Shown here piece after piece: positions 18,400-28,182 of a stretch of DNA of 64,000 nt. Within the stretch, counting starts at the first letter, position 1. Every line of letters begins with the position of its first letter. Location: positions 20,586 through 84,585 of the forward strand of contig JAJDDX010000424.1 of the NCBI GenBank assembly GCA_029260055.1, in the 5' to 3' direction. The notes under the pieces were generated by a model, which ran no database searches, was not told where the DNA came from, and saw nothing but the letters and a program-made list of their open reading frames with translations. The position numbers were made by a program, and so were the translations under genes. The DNA is from Phycisphaerae bacterium (GTDB lineage: Bacteria; Planctomycetota; Phycisphaerae; UBA1845).

Positions 18400-18540
18400 G
18401 GGAATACGGGTTTTGGCGCCGTGATTTGCACCCGTCTGGCCGGTGCCGCGTGCCAGTCATGCCCCGGCCGCCTGCACGACGGAGCATGCTCATGGCCTCC
18501 CCGGCGCGGCGCCCGCATCTCCCCGGTGATACGCTCAGTA

Positions 18541-20457
18541 TTACGACTCTACGCGGTAGGCCGTTACGCGGTTGCCCAGGAACGTCGGGATGATCAACAG
18601 GCTTTCGTCTGCGATGTACTCAAAGTCGGCGCTGTTCAGGCGCGCGTCCATCGTGTCGAGAAGCTCGACGACATCGCCGGACGGCGTGATTCGGTAGACT
18701 TGTCCTTCCCAGTGCGACACGAGGTAGTTCCCGTTGCTGTCCACCCTGATCCCGTCGATCACGCCCGCTCCGAGGCAGGCGATGGGTGTTACGTGCCCGC
18801 TTGCGAGGTCGACGCGCTTGAGGAGGCCGTCCCCGGAGTTGCCGACGAGGAGCGCGCCATCATGGGCGAACAGGACGTTGGCGCGGTGGAGGTCGAAGCC
18901 CTTCTTCCAGACGTTGAATTGGCTGTCCTTGAAGGTGAAGATGTCTCTTGCACCGGGCACGTCGCTCGTGTTCGAGATGTAAGCGGTTCCCGTTTCATCG
19001 AAGGCCACGTCGTTGAGGAACCTGTGCCCCGACACGGGGTACCTTGCCACGACGCGCGCTTCGTCAAGGTCGATCTCGACCAGGTTGCCGGCAAAGCCTT
19101 CGAGGACGTAGAGTTTGTCTTCGTGGATGGTCATGCCGCAGGGGCCGTCCAAGCCGGTGATCCACTTCAGGTCCTGAATCTCGCCGTCTGTCTTGACGCG
19201 GGAGATGAAGCCCTGTCCCGCGTGGCTCGCCTCGACGCGATCGAAACTCGTGACGTAGAGCACGTTGCGCTCGGGATCGAACAGCACGGATTCGGGTATC
19301 CTGAAGACGGGCTCGGTCTCCCACACCTTCGTGAGCAGTTCATGCCGCTTCACCGGTGCGTCGAGAGTCCGGTTCGTGCTGCACATGAAGCCCGAACCGC
19401 CGAAGGACTCCGTCACGATCAGGAGGATCTCGTTGAGGCCCTTTTCGAGGCGCAGGTAGACCTTGTCGTGAAGCCCGACGATGCCGAGGAACGAGCGATC
19501 GCGGCTGCGATATCCGCTGGTGCCGGTGAACACGGGCCTGCTGTTTAGAAATACCGTCACGTCATCGCTGTAGCCGAGTGACAGTTCGATGTCTCGTACA
19601 CGCTCGGAGTTGACGACGGTCTTGGCGAACACGCATTGCGGGCTCGGGCCGGGTGCCGCGACAGCGCGGGACAGGTTTACGAGCCCGGACGGCTCGGCGC
19701 TGGCGGGTTTCCACTCCGCGTTGAAGATTGTAAAGAAGTTGGGGTAGGTTGACTTGTCGATCCGATCAGCCGGGAAGGGTCTGGAGACTTGCCACGCCGT
19801 CAGCATGCCCTTGGGCGTCTCGATGGCCGGCGGCTCGTCGAATTCAAGGGCGTCCGTGGCCCGGTAGCGGAAGTTCGAGAACCAGGCGGTGTTGTCCCTG
19901 GGGCCCATCAGACCGATCGAGCCTTTGCTGCGACCGTGCTTCAAATCGTGGATGGTCAGGGCCGGCTCCTCGGCGTCGCCCAGAAACACGCGTGCTTGGC
20001 TGCCGAGTACTTCGATCTTGAGGGTGACCCAACTCTCACGTGGGATCATCGCTGGTGCCGTGGACCCGTCGCCGTGATAGAGCTGCCAGCAGGCGACTCC
20101 ATTGAACACCGGCGTGTACTGCACCGCGTCCGGATACAAGCCCGCGCGATGCGGTCGAACGTAGACCCGTTCGTACTCGCCTTCGGTGGCCATGCGGAAG
20201 ATGATGCCGGGGTAGGAGCGTTTGCCGTCCACGGCGAGGTCGACCTCGATGACGCCGTTTTCGAACTCGACATCCTCGAGCACGGCCACGCCCGACAGTG
20301 CGGTTCGCCCGAGGTGTTGCTCTACGCCGGCGTTTACGAGCGTCCACCGGTCGGCCCCGAACTCGCCATCGCCCGCCCACGCAGTAGCGGCCGCCAAGGC
20401 CGCTATGAGGGCGACGATCACGTGATCCCGTTTCGAAATCGAGCGTTTGCGGTGCAT
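18541..20457 (-). CDS. Secreted protein: DUF1080-like lectin-fold domain, middle beta-domain, and SMP-30/gluconolactonase-like beta-propeller
   Basis: Signal peptide ending AWA; FENGVIEVDL...AWFSNFRY; propeller motifs PESVLFD, FLNDVAFD and IDGIRVD. RBS GAGGAG before ATG 20457. Confidence 0.72.
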   Translation of the reverse strand: MHRKRSISKRDHVIVALIAALAAATAWAGDGEFGADRWTLVNAGVEQHLGRTALSGVAVLEDVEFENGVIEVDLAVDGKRSYPGIIFRMATEGEYERVYVRPHRAGLYPDAVQYTPVFNGVACWQLYHGDGSTAPAMIPRESWVTLKIEVLGSQARVFLGDAEEPALTIHDLKHGRSKGSIGLMGPRDNTAWFSNFRYRATDALEFDEPPAIETPKGMLTAWQVSRPFPADRIDKSTYPNFFTIFNAEWKPASAEPSGLVNLSRAVAAPGPSPQCVFAKTVVNSERVRDIELSLGYSDDVTVFLNSRPVFTGTSGYRSRDRSFLGIVGLHDKVYLRLEKGLNEILLIVTESFGGSGFMCSTNRTLDAPVKRHELLTKVWETEPVFRIPESVLFDPERNVLYVTSFDRVEASHAGQGFISRVKTDGEIQDLKWITGLDGPCGMTIHEDKLYVLEGFAGNLVEIDLDEARVVARYPVSGHRFLNDVAFDETGTAYISNTSDVPGARDIFTFKDSQFNVWKKGFDLHRANVLFAHDGALLVGNSGDGLLKRVDLASGHVTPIACLGAGVIDGIRVDSNGNYLVSHWEGQVYRITPSGDVVELLDTMDARLNSADFEYIADESLLIIPTFLGNRVTAYRVES

Positions 20458-20625
20458 ACGGTGGCTCCTCACCCAGGCTACGAGGGCTCATCATCGGGCT
20501 GATCCAATCGACGAAGTGTAAGGCCCCACGCCTTGCGAACGCACTGGTCGCTTTGTCGGTTCTTGTCACGACCGAGCGTTTGCCCCCGGTTTGCCGGAAG
20601 GCCCGGCTTCAGCTAAGAGTAGGAC

Positions 20626-21654
20626 GTGCGTTTCGACGAGGACAGCCGGCCGGGTGTGAACGAGTCGCCATCGCGGCCCGTGATCGATGCGCACATTCAC
20701 ATCTTCTGCTTTGGCGAGAATCCCACGGACGGCTTCATGTCCGACACCACGCGCCGCAGTTGGCTGACGCGACTGCTCATGTGGATGACGAAGCTGGAAC
20801 GCGAGCCGGGCGACACGCTCTCGGCGAAGATGCGCCACATGCTGATCCGCCATCTCGAGCAGTCGGTGCTCGATTACGCCATCGTGCTGGCCCAGGACGC
20901 GATCTATGGCCAAGACGGAGTCCGTCGTGACGCCGATACGCATTTCTACGTGTCGAATGACTACGTGTTGGAACTCGCGCGCGAGTGCCCGAAGGTTCTG
21001 CCGGGCGTATCGATCAACCTTTGGCGCGCGGACGCTGTACGAGAGCTCGAACGATGCCACGCGGCCGGCGCGCGCTTGGTGAAGATTCATACGGCGATCC
21101 AGGGTGTCGATCCGAGCCTTCAGCGGTTTGACCCGTTTTATCGACGTGCGGCTGAGCTGGGCATGGTGCTCACGTTTCACACCGGCTATGAGCATGCCTG
21201 TCGTGTGGTATCGCAGAAGTACGCCGATCCGGCGTTGCTTGCTCGGCCGCTCGATCATGGGCTGAAGGTCATCGCGGCTCACCTCGGGACCTGCGCCTTC
21301 TTCGATCCCGAGGACTTCTATCCAAACTTCGTGGCGATGATGGGGCGGTATGAGAACCTCTACGGTGACACGGCAGTGCTCGCCACGTCCATACGTTGGC
21401 ATGCCTTGCGGCGGCTCGCCCGGGAGCCCGCGTGGTTCCGCGCACGAATCATGCACGGCAGCGATTATCCGCTTCCGCCGTCACGCTTCCCGTACTTGCT
21501 GAGGACGGGTCTTTTTCCGAAAGAGCGAAGAAACCCTCTCGACATGGATCTCCTGATCAAGCGGGCGTACGGCCTGGGGCCGGATTACGAGAGCGGAGTG
21601 TGGAGGTTGTTGGCGGGCGAGAAACCGCCGCCGGGAGGCCCGTCGCTCCAGTGA
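20626..21654 (+). CDS. Amidohydrolase family 2 metal-dependent hydrolase
   Basis: IDAHIH, VKIH, FHTG, IAAHLG, HGSDYP. Start may be GTG 20656. Confidence 0.88.
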   Translation: MRFDEDSRPGVNESPSRPVIDAHIHIFCFGENPTDGFMSDTTRRSWLTRLLMWMTKLEREPGDTLSAKMRHMLIRHLEQSVLDYAIVLAQDAIYGQDGVRRDADTHFYVSNDYVLELARECPKVLPGVSINLWRADAVRELERCHAAGARLVKIHTAIQGVDPSLQRFDPFYRRAAELGMVLTFHTGYEHACRVVSQKYADPALLARPLDHGLKVIAAHLGTCAFFDPEDFYPNFVAMMGRYENLYGDTAVLATSIRWHALRRLAREPAWFRARIMHGSDYPLPPSRFPYLLRTGLFPKERRNPLDMDLLIKRAYGLGPDYESGVWRLLAGEKPPPGGPSLQ

Positions 21655-21672
21655 GCGGCGGCGCCGGGGCAC

Positions 21673-22347
21673 TCAGTCACTCATCGTCGCACGTCGTTCC
21701 GCCGGAAGGGAGCGTTCACGCTGGTCGAACAGCTTCTTGCCGGTAGTATGATTGTGTGCGAGTTGGACGAGTTCGGCGAGCGAAGCGACGCGCAGCTTGC
21801 TGTTAATGCGTGCCCGGTGGGACTCCACCGTCTTGTGGCTGATCCCGAGGTTCGTGGCGATCTCCTTCGTGCGCCTTCCTTTCACGACGAGTCGTGTGAT
21901 CTCGTCTTCTCGCGGTGTCAAGCACTTGAAGCGCTCGTCGAGGCGCGCCCACTGTCGTCGCCGGGACCGGTGTTTTTCGTCTTCGTCAATGCAGGTGTGG
22001 ACGCGATCGAGCAGCACGTCCGTGCGAACGGATTTCTCGAGCACGTCGCGAGCGCCCCGTTTCATGGCTCCCACTGCCAGCCGCATGTCCGAGCGTGCGG
22101 TCAGGAGAATCGTGGGTATCCAAGAGCCCTGCGCCGTGAGCTGATCGAGTACATCGAGGCCGTCGAGGTCGGGGAGACTGGCGCCGAGGATGAGGCAGCC
22201 GGGCCGACCGTCATAGGCATCGAGGAAGCTGCCAGCTGAGGCGTGAACATCCGTCGCCAGGGAGCTCGACGTAAAGAACCGGCGCAGCGCCGACCGGACG
22301 CTGCTGCTATCGTCAACGATGAAGACTGTCGGACGTCGCTTCGCCAT
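21673..22347 (-). CDS. FixJ/NarL-type response regulator (REC + LuxR HTH) with atypical receiver
   Basis: VFIVDD; PGCLILGASLP where Asp is normally found; LTPREDEI...KEIATNLGISHKTVESHRARINSKL. Confidence 0.85.
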   Translation of the reverse strand: MAKRRPTVFIVDDSSSVRSALRRFFTSSSLATDVHASAGSFLDAYDGRPGCLILGASLPDLDGLDVLDQLTAQGSWIPTILLTARSDMRLAVGAMKRGARDVLEKSVRTDVLLDRVHTCIDEDEKHRSRRRQWARLDERFKCLTPREDEITRLVVKGRRTKEIATNLGISHKTVESHRARINSKLRVASLAELVQLAHNHTTGKKLFDQRERSLPAERRATMSD

Positions 22348-22831
22348 ACTCGTGTGAGCGGCCGTCACGCGCCGCAGGGCGCATGCGCGCTCTGCCGACC
22401 GCGCGGTACCGATAAAGGGAAGCCCGCCGAACTCCCGGCGGGGCACGCAAACCGAACAACGCCGGGCCAGGGGGCATCGGTCAGATCCCCCTAAGGGGAT
22501 TAGACGCCCAGGGACCCGCTGGATCAGCGTGCCCAAGCCCGGTTCAAGCACCGCGGCATGCACCATAAGCACACCGCCCCCCCACGCAGGGCCGCGCCCC
22601 GCACCCCGGGCATCTCAAATTAACAGAGACTCTAGCCGTTCGCGCGAAGGCGCACGCCCATACACAGGGCACACTCTCCACGCGATCCTTTCCTACTAGC
22701 GTAAGTGCGCGGAATCCGGTATACTGTGCGTGAAATCTGAGATTCTCCTCGCTTTCTTTTGGTCTGCCCCGGAGGCACGCATGTCGCGCACCGCCGTGGG
22801 GCGGCAACGCTGGCTTTGAGTGGGGAACCAC

Positions 22832-23422
22832 ATGGACACCGGGTCGAGCCACACCGGATTCTCGCGCAGTCCAGACTCGGGCCGAGAGACGATTCTCCGG
22901 CTCGTCGCGGCGCACGAACCATCGATCCGCCGGATCATCGGGCAGCGCAGCGGACCGGGCGTACTTCGACGAACCACACTCGACGACTTGTTCCAGGAGA
23001 CGGTCACGGCTGCGCTGAGAGGAGCGAATTCGTTTGTCTACATCGACGATGCTCGCTTCGTGGCATGGATGACGACAATCGCACGAAACGTCATCGCGCG
23101 AACCGGCAGAGATGCGGCGCGCCGCCCCGGGGAACGGCGTCTCAAGAGCCCGGAGTCTTCCGGCGTGGGTGTGGTCGACGACGAACTCGTTTCACCCGAG
23201 CGGACACCGTCGAGTGTCGTCTCAGCCAGAGAGTGCGAGGTCGCGCTCGGGCGGGCGTTGAGCAGGCTCCCCGACCATTATCGCGAAGTCATCACGCTCT
23301 ATCGAATCGAGGGGCTTTCGATGGCCGACGTGGCCGAGAGGATGGGGCGCACCGAAAGCGCGTGTTGCAGCCTCTTTCTTCGCGCCATGAAGGTCCTTCG
23401 CACGAAGTACCCAATCCGATGA
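22832..23422 (+). CDS. ECF sigma factor, kinase-associated type
   Basis: RRTTLDDLFQET, AWMTTIARN, TPSS linker, LSRLPDHYREVITLYRIEGLSMADVAERMGRTESA. ATGA overlap with the kinase gene. Confidence 0.88.
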   Translation: MDTGSSHTGFSRSPDSGRETILRLVAAHEPSIRRIIGQRSGPGVLRRTTLDDLFQETVTAALRGANSFVYIDDARFVAWMTTIARNVIARTGRDAARRPGERRLKSPESSGVGVVDDELVSPERTPSSVVSARECEVALGRALSRLPDHYREVITLYRIEGLSMADVAERMGRTESACCSLFLRAMKVLRTKYPIR

Positions 23423-25986
23423 GCCCTCGCGAGCGATCTTCAGCGGAATTCACTGCCGTCGTGCAGGAGTATTTCTCGGAAGTCGATGCCGGCACGGCGC
23501 CCGACCGGAGTGAGTTCGTGGCGCGGCATCCGGAGTGTGCCGACGAGCTTCGCATCTTCTTCGACGATCTCGAATTCCTGGATCACAAGATAGCCGAGAG
23601 TCCGCTCTCGAGCGGGTCCGCGAGCGCCGCGGAGGCTCCCGGGCGAGCCGCCGCGGATCGTGCCGGAGCGAGTTCGGACCCCGGGGCTGCCGACGAGCTG
23701 CCGGACATCGCTGGTTACCGGCTGATCACCGAACTGGGCGGTGGCGGTCAGGGCACCGTCTACATGGCGGAGCAGAGTTCGACGCGTCGGGTTGTGGCTC
23801 TGAAGCTCCTTCGCGAAGGGGCGTTTGCGTCGCGGGCGGACCGGCTTCGCTTCCAGAACGAGATCGAGCTTGCGTCGAGCCTTACCCACCCGGCTGTCGT
23901 TCGCGTTTACGCTTCCGGTCAGGCCAACGGGCATTCCTATTTTACGATGGAGTTTGTCGACGGCGATCCTCTCGACATCCACGTCCGCACGCAGGAGGCG
24001 AGCATCGCCGAGGTCTTGCGGCTGTTCAAGAAGACCTGCGACGGCGTCAGCTACGCTCATCGTCACGGTGTGATCCACCGCGATCTGAAGCCTTCCAACA
24101 TCCTGGTCGACGTTAACGGAGAGCCTCACATCCTGGATTTCGGGCTAGCCAAGCGGGTTGCCGGGGTCATCGGGCCGGGCGCCAGGCCTGTGACCGAAAT
24201 CGGGCAGTTCACCGGCACGTGGCAGTACGCCTCGCCCGAGCAGATTCGGGGGAATCCGTCGCTGGTCGACACGCGGACGGACGTATACACGCTGGGCGTC
24301 ATTTTGTACGAGCTGCTCGCGGATAGCCTGCCGTATCCGGGCAGCAGCGAGTCGCGCGGTGCGATTGCTCGGCACATTATCGGCACTTACCCGAAGCGGC
24401 TCCGGTCGGTCCGCCCGGAGGTCTCCCCCGACCTCGAAGCCATCGTTCTCAGAGCTCTGCACAAGGAGTGCGACGAGCGGTACCAATCGGTCGCGGAGCT
24501 CAGGGACGATATTCAGCGCCATCTGGACGGGCTACCGATTCACGCCAAGCGCGACAGCGTCCTGTATGTCGCTCGCCTTGCGGTCCGACGACACCGGTGG
24601 CGCGTCGGCGCGGCTGCAGTCAGCCTGGCCGCACTGATTGTGTTCGCGGTGGTCGTTTCGTTGCTATATTCGAGCGCTGAGCAGGCCCGAGCGACACTGG
24701 AGGAGCGCATGGACCTCCGGCGCAACAGTCAAGGCTATCTCGTTCGGCATGTCGACGAACTCAGTTTTGCCCGCAACCTGCTGCGCGAAACTGCCCTCGC
24801 TCATCCGGACCTCCCGGAACTGCAGCGATGGCGCAAGCCGGTCTTTACATCCCCTGAGGAGACCCTGGACCTCGCCATCGCGGGTATGCCGAAGGGCATG
24901 CCGGACGTGATGTACGAGCCGGCGGCGCCTGAGTACGCCGTCGCGGAGGCGTGGCTGCGGTCACGGGCGCGGCAGCTAAGCGACGTCGAGGAGCTCACGT
25001 CCAACTACCGATTGGCATTCGGGGGCGCCGAAGGTGAATACACGGGAACTTACTGGGCACTGAGCGACCGGCCGGTCGGACACTTTGCCGCGCAGAACGC
25101 CGGGAGTGCGCTCGTTGGGAGAGCGCTTATGTCCTTCCGTGCCGGACAACCTGAGGAAGCCCTCGCGAGCCTCGATGCCGCAAGAATGATAGCGCTGGGG
25201 CTTGGAGATGGGCGTTACAACCTGCACAAACGCGCCGCGTTGCACATTCGCGGGTGTACGTACGATGCCGTTCTCGATATCCTCGGAAACTGCGGTGGAG
25301 ACGCTTCGCTTGCCGCTCCGTTCGTGTCTTGGATTCGTCGGGATCCGGCGTTACCGGACCTGAGGTCCGCATTGGTGACGCGTCGCATGCGTGCGGCGCA
25401 AGCCATCGAGTCGGCTACGGTCGCCGACGGCGCAGGGGCATACGTCGATTTGGACGAGCTGAATCGGTTTTCGAGCGGTCTGATCAACAAGGTGGGCCAA
25501 CTGACGGACGAGAACCGCGAGCGGTTGCGCGATGCGAAGCCCAGCGAGGCGATCGAGTTGATCGATCAGCACGTGGCAGCGGTCGCTCTCCCGGCGCGGG
25601 ACGCTGCCATGTTGCCCGGGCACGATCGCAACCAATCCGCGTTGGATCCGAGCCACCCCATCGCAGCACTGATGCCGAATCTGAAGATGCTCCGTCGTAC
25701 GCATCGCATAATCGACCTTCGACGGACGGCCGCGATGCTCGTCGGCGGTATCTGTGGCTACCATTCCGAGCGTGGCGAGTGGCCGGTGACGCTGCAGGCG
25801 TTCCTTCCGGATGTTGGCCCCATATCGCCGGAGATGGTCATGCACGAGGCGTACTCGTACGTTCTTTCGGATGGTATGCCGACTCTCTACGCCGTTCGTT
25901 CCGTTGGTGACGGCGATGCCGGGCCGTTCCGTCCTTTCACGACCGGTCCAGCCGGTTCCGTCGTTTGGCGCTCCGCGGAGCCTTGA
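23419..25986 (+). CDS. Membrane Ser/Thr protein kinase
   Basis: N-terminal EFVARHPECADEL segment; LGGGGQGTVY, VALK, HRDLKPSN, DFGLAK, GTWQYASPEQ, DVYTLG; TM helix; C-terminal helical domain. Confidence 0.93.
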   Translation: MSPRERSSAEFTAVVQEYFSEVDAGTAPDRSEFVARHPECADELRIFFDDLEFLDHKIAESPLSSGSASAAEAPGRAAADRAGASSDPGAADELPDIAGYRLITELGGGGQGTVYMAEQSSTRRVVALKLLREGAFASRADRLRFQNEIELASSLTHPAVVRVYASGQANGHSYFTMEFVDGDPLDIHVRTQEASIAEVLRLFKKTCDGVSYAHRHGVIHRDLKPSNILVDVNGEPHILDFGLAKRVAGVIGPGARPVTEIGQFTGTWQYASPEQIRGNPSLVDTRTDVYTLGVILYELLADSLPYPGSSESRGAIARHIIGTYPKRLRSVRPEVSPDLEAIVLRALHKECDERYQSVAELRDDIQRHLDGLPIHAKRDSVLYVARLAVRRHRWRVGAAAVSLAALIVFAVVVSLLYSSAEQARATLEERMDLRRNSQGYLVRHVDELSFARNLLRETALAHPDLPELQRWRKPVFTSPEETLDLAIAGMPKGMPDVMYEPAAPEYAVAEAWLRSRARQLSDVEELTSNYRLAFGGAEGEYTGTYWALSDRPVGHFAAQNAGSALVGRALMSFRAGQPEEALASLDAARMIALGLGDGRYNLHKRAALHIRGCTYDAVLDILGNCGGDASLAAPFVSWIRRDPALPDLRSALVTRRMRAAQAIESATVADGAGAYVDLDELNRFSSGLINKVGQLTDENRERLRDAKPSEAIELIDQHVAAVALPARDAAMLPGHDRNQSALDPSHPIAALMPNLKMLRRTHRIIDLRRTAAMLVGGICGYHSERGEWPVTLQAFLPDVGPISPEMVMHEAYSYVLSDGMPTLYAVRSVGDGDAGPFRPFTTGPAGSVVWRSAEP

Positions 25987-26020
25987 CACCGCTTGTTCCG
26001 GTCAGCCGTGGCGTGTGGGC

Positions 26021-26398
26021 CTAACGGGTTGACCCGACAACAGGGCAATCCTCGCACTCGATCGAGACCGTACCGGCCGGGCAAGTGCCGATCTCGAGCA
26101 GGCATTCGTTGTCCGCCAAGCAGCACAACGGCTCCTTTTGCGGTGGGGGGCTGGCCTGAACTGTCGGACCGCCGGCATCTGCGATCGGCGCCGTATCCCA
26201 ATCCGGGTCCGCATGACAGACGCCCTGTTCCGGGTCGTCGCACGACGTATCTTCGGCGACGTTGGCGGCGGCCGAGTCATCAGGTGTCAGCGCCGTGACG
26301 CTGAGCCCGTCGATTGTGACCATATCTGTTGAAGCCGTCGATGAGCTCGCGGCGATCATCGCTACTACAAGAACCAGCAAACCAGTTGAAGTCTTCAT
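26021..26398 (-). CDS. Small secreted cysteine-rich protein
   Basis: RBS AAGGGAG, signal peptide MKTSTGLLVLVVAMIAASS, 8 Cys including CCLADNEC...CPAG...CEDCP. Confidence 0.65.
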   Translation of the reverse strand: MKTSTGLLVLVVAMIAASSSTASTDMVTIDGLSVTALTPDDSAAANVAEDTSCDDPEQGVCHADPDWDTAPIADAGGPTVQASPPPQKEPLCCLADNECLLEIGTCPAGTVSIECEDCPVVGSTR

Positions 26399-27130
26399 TC
26401 TAATCTCCCTTCGTTTCGTTGGCGCGCAGCATCCCCGCAAACGGCAGGGCTGCCGCGCGCAACACAGCTTTTGGATGACAGTAGTAAGCGGACAGCTCGG
26501 GGCGATTTGCTCGGTGTGAGCAGCCCGCGTGTCCGCACACTCTTTGTAGTGCTATCTAAGGGTGCCCGCCCAGGAAGAAGAACGCTTACCCGCGGCGGCT
26601 GGCATACCCGACCATCAACGTCGCTCGATCCCGTCCTATAGGGTAAGTACTTAAACGGCCACGATCGTTCGCTCAAAATCAGGAAATGTTTCAGATCGCG
26701 CCGAAGGGCGAACCGGTGGCGCCGAATTGCGGTGTCGATGCGTGCTGTTTGGACGCGAGCGGCGCAATACATAGCGCGCCCTCACGGCGGTCGGTCAGGC
26801 CGGCCCGCGCGACGAAATCACCGGGTCAGGTGCCATACCGACCGTGTGAAAAGCTGACGAGAATGATGGCCCGGTGAACCCCCGACGGCGCGCGTGCCGC
26901 TACTACTATACGATGCGATCGGCCCCTTCCCGGCGGCGCCCCCGGATGGCCGACGTTCACGTAACTCGTTGAACTCACGGAGATTATGTACGCAGGCCTG
27001 CTTCGCGGCGCTGCACGGTGGGGGAGAGCCCCGGTCGGGCTTTCAGCCAATGTCGCGCCAACCAGTGACCGATAAACACGGGGCTTCCAGAACTGCGGAA
27101 GGCGATCGATTCCCTTACGGAGTTGACGAG

Positions 27131-28093
27131 ATGCAGATCCATGCTGTTGGCACCCAGCCGGTCAGTGCGTTTCATTCGAACCGGCCACAACTCGCGGAGG
27201 CGAGCTCATCCAGGCAATCGGTGACCGCTCCTTCCGGCGAAACTGAACCGATGCCCGCTCCGCCGCCGGACGAGGTGAAGCCGCCCAAGGGCCACGCCCA
27301 TGGACGCGCCGGCGACGCCCACGTGCCCGGCGTGGTCCGATTGCTGGAAGCTGGGCACTTTCGCGGAGTATCCGACGTCCGCCTCCGGATCAACTTCAAC
27401 GATCAGCTTACGGCTCGGGCCCAGGCAGGAGCCGAGCCCGTGGTGGCTGCGGGCGCTACTCGCCTCGGCGAGACGGTGACGGCAGCCGCCGAGGGGTTGC
27501 TGGCTTCGTACGCCGCTGATGACGAGGCGCGCGCGGCGCTAAGCGAACTGCTTGACACGTTCAGCGTGTCGGTCGAAGCGGCTGGTAGCGGTGCAACCGC
27601 GAATGGGGCGATCGACGCCGGCGAGTTGGAGGCATCGCTGCAATCGGCGTTCGACGACATGGTCGGAGGATTGGAGGCGCTGTTTGCTACTCCGGTCGAC
27701 GAGCCACCGGCGGGCGATGTTGATGTGCCGGTTGACGGTACCGGCGTTGATGGCGTCGCCGACCCGCTCGCTCCCACTCCGATCGACGCCGGTGGCGCGC
27801 TCGCACAGCCCTTGGCGGCGGGCGTAGCCGGGGAGTCGGTGCCTGTCGAAGTAGAGCCGGAGGCGGAGGCCGCCGATCCGGAGGCTGGCGTCACGACGAC
27901 GACGCTGGACGAGGCTTTGGCAGCTTTGACGGATATGTTCCGTGAGGCGTTGTCGACCTTGCTTACGTCGGTCGATTCGGCGCTGCGGCTGCCGGAGCCG
28001 TCGGCGCCGCACGGGAACGGTGCGGCCTTCGAGAAGTTCCTGGCGATCTACCGCGATCTTCAAAACGGCGTCGCGGTAGACGAGGTCGGGTAG
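27131..28093 (+). CDS. Hypothetical acidic Ala/Pro-rich protein
   Basis: GGAG RBS before ATG 27131; GC3-biased codons; two ordered motifs, GVVRLLEAGHFRGVSDVRLRINF and PHGNGAAFEKFLAIYRDL. Confidence 0.7.
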   Translation: MQIHAVGTQPVSAFHSNRPQLAEASSSRQSVTAPSGETEPMPAPPPDEVKPPKGHAHGRAGDAHVPGVVRLLEAGHFRGVSDVRLRINFNDQLTARAQAGAEPVVAAGATRLGETVTAAAEGLLASYAADDEARAALSELLDTFSVSVEAAGSGATANGAIDAGELEASLQSAFDDMVGGLEALFATPVDEPPAGDVDVPVDGTGVDGVADPLAPTPIDAGGALAQPLAAGVAGESVPVEVEPEAEAADPEAGVTTTTLDEALAALTDMFREALSTLLTSVDSALRLPEPSAPHGNGAAFEKFLAIYRDLQNGVAVDEVG

Positions 28094-28182
28094 ACGGGCG
28101 CGCAGAAGAGGACAAGATCCCGGCCGCACGCGCTCACGGGCCGCGCCTTTCGACTCGCTCCACCGCGCCAGCTTGCAGCATG

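Noticed and set aside
22759-23418. Kinase frame open for 220 codons across the entire ECF gene (1075-aa ORF in the track)
   Set aside because: The extension is Arg-rich and without motifs. The ATGA overlap at 23419 gives a natural start, and stop-free alternative frames are common at this GC content.
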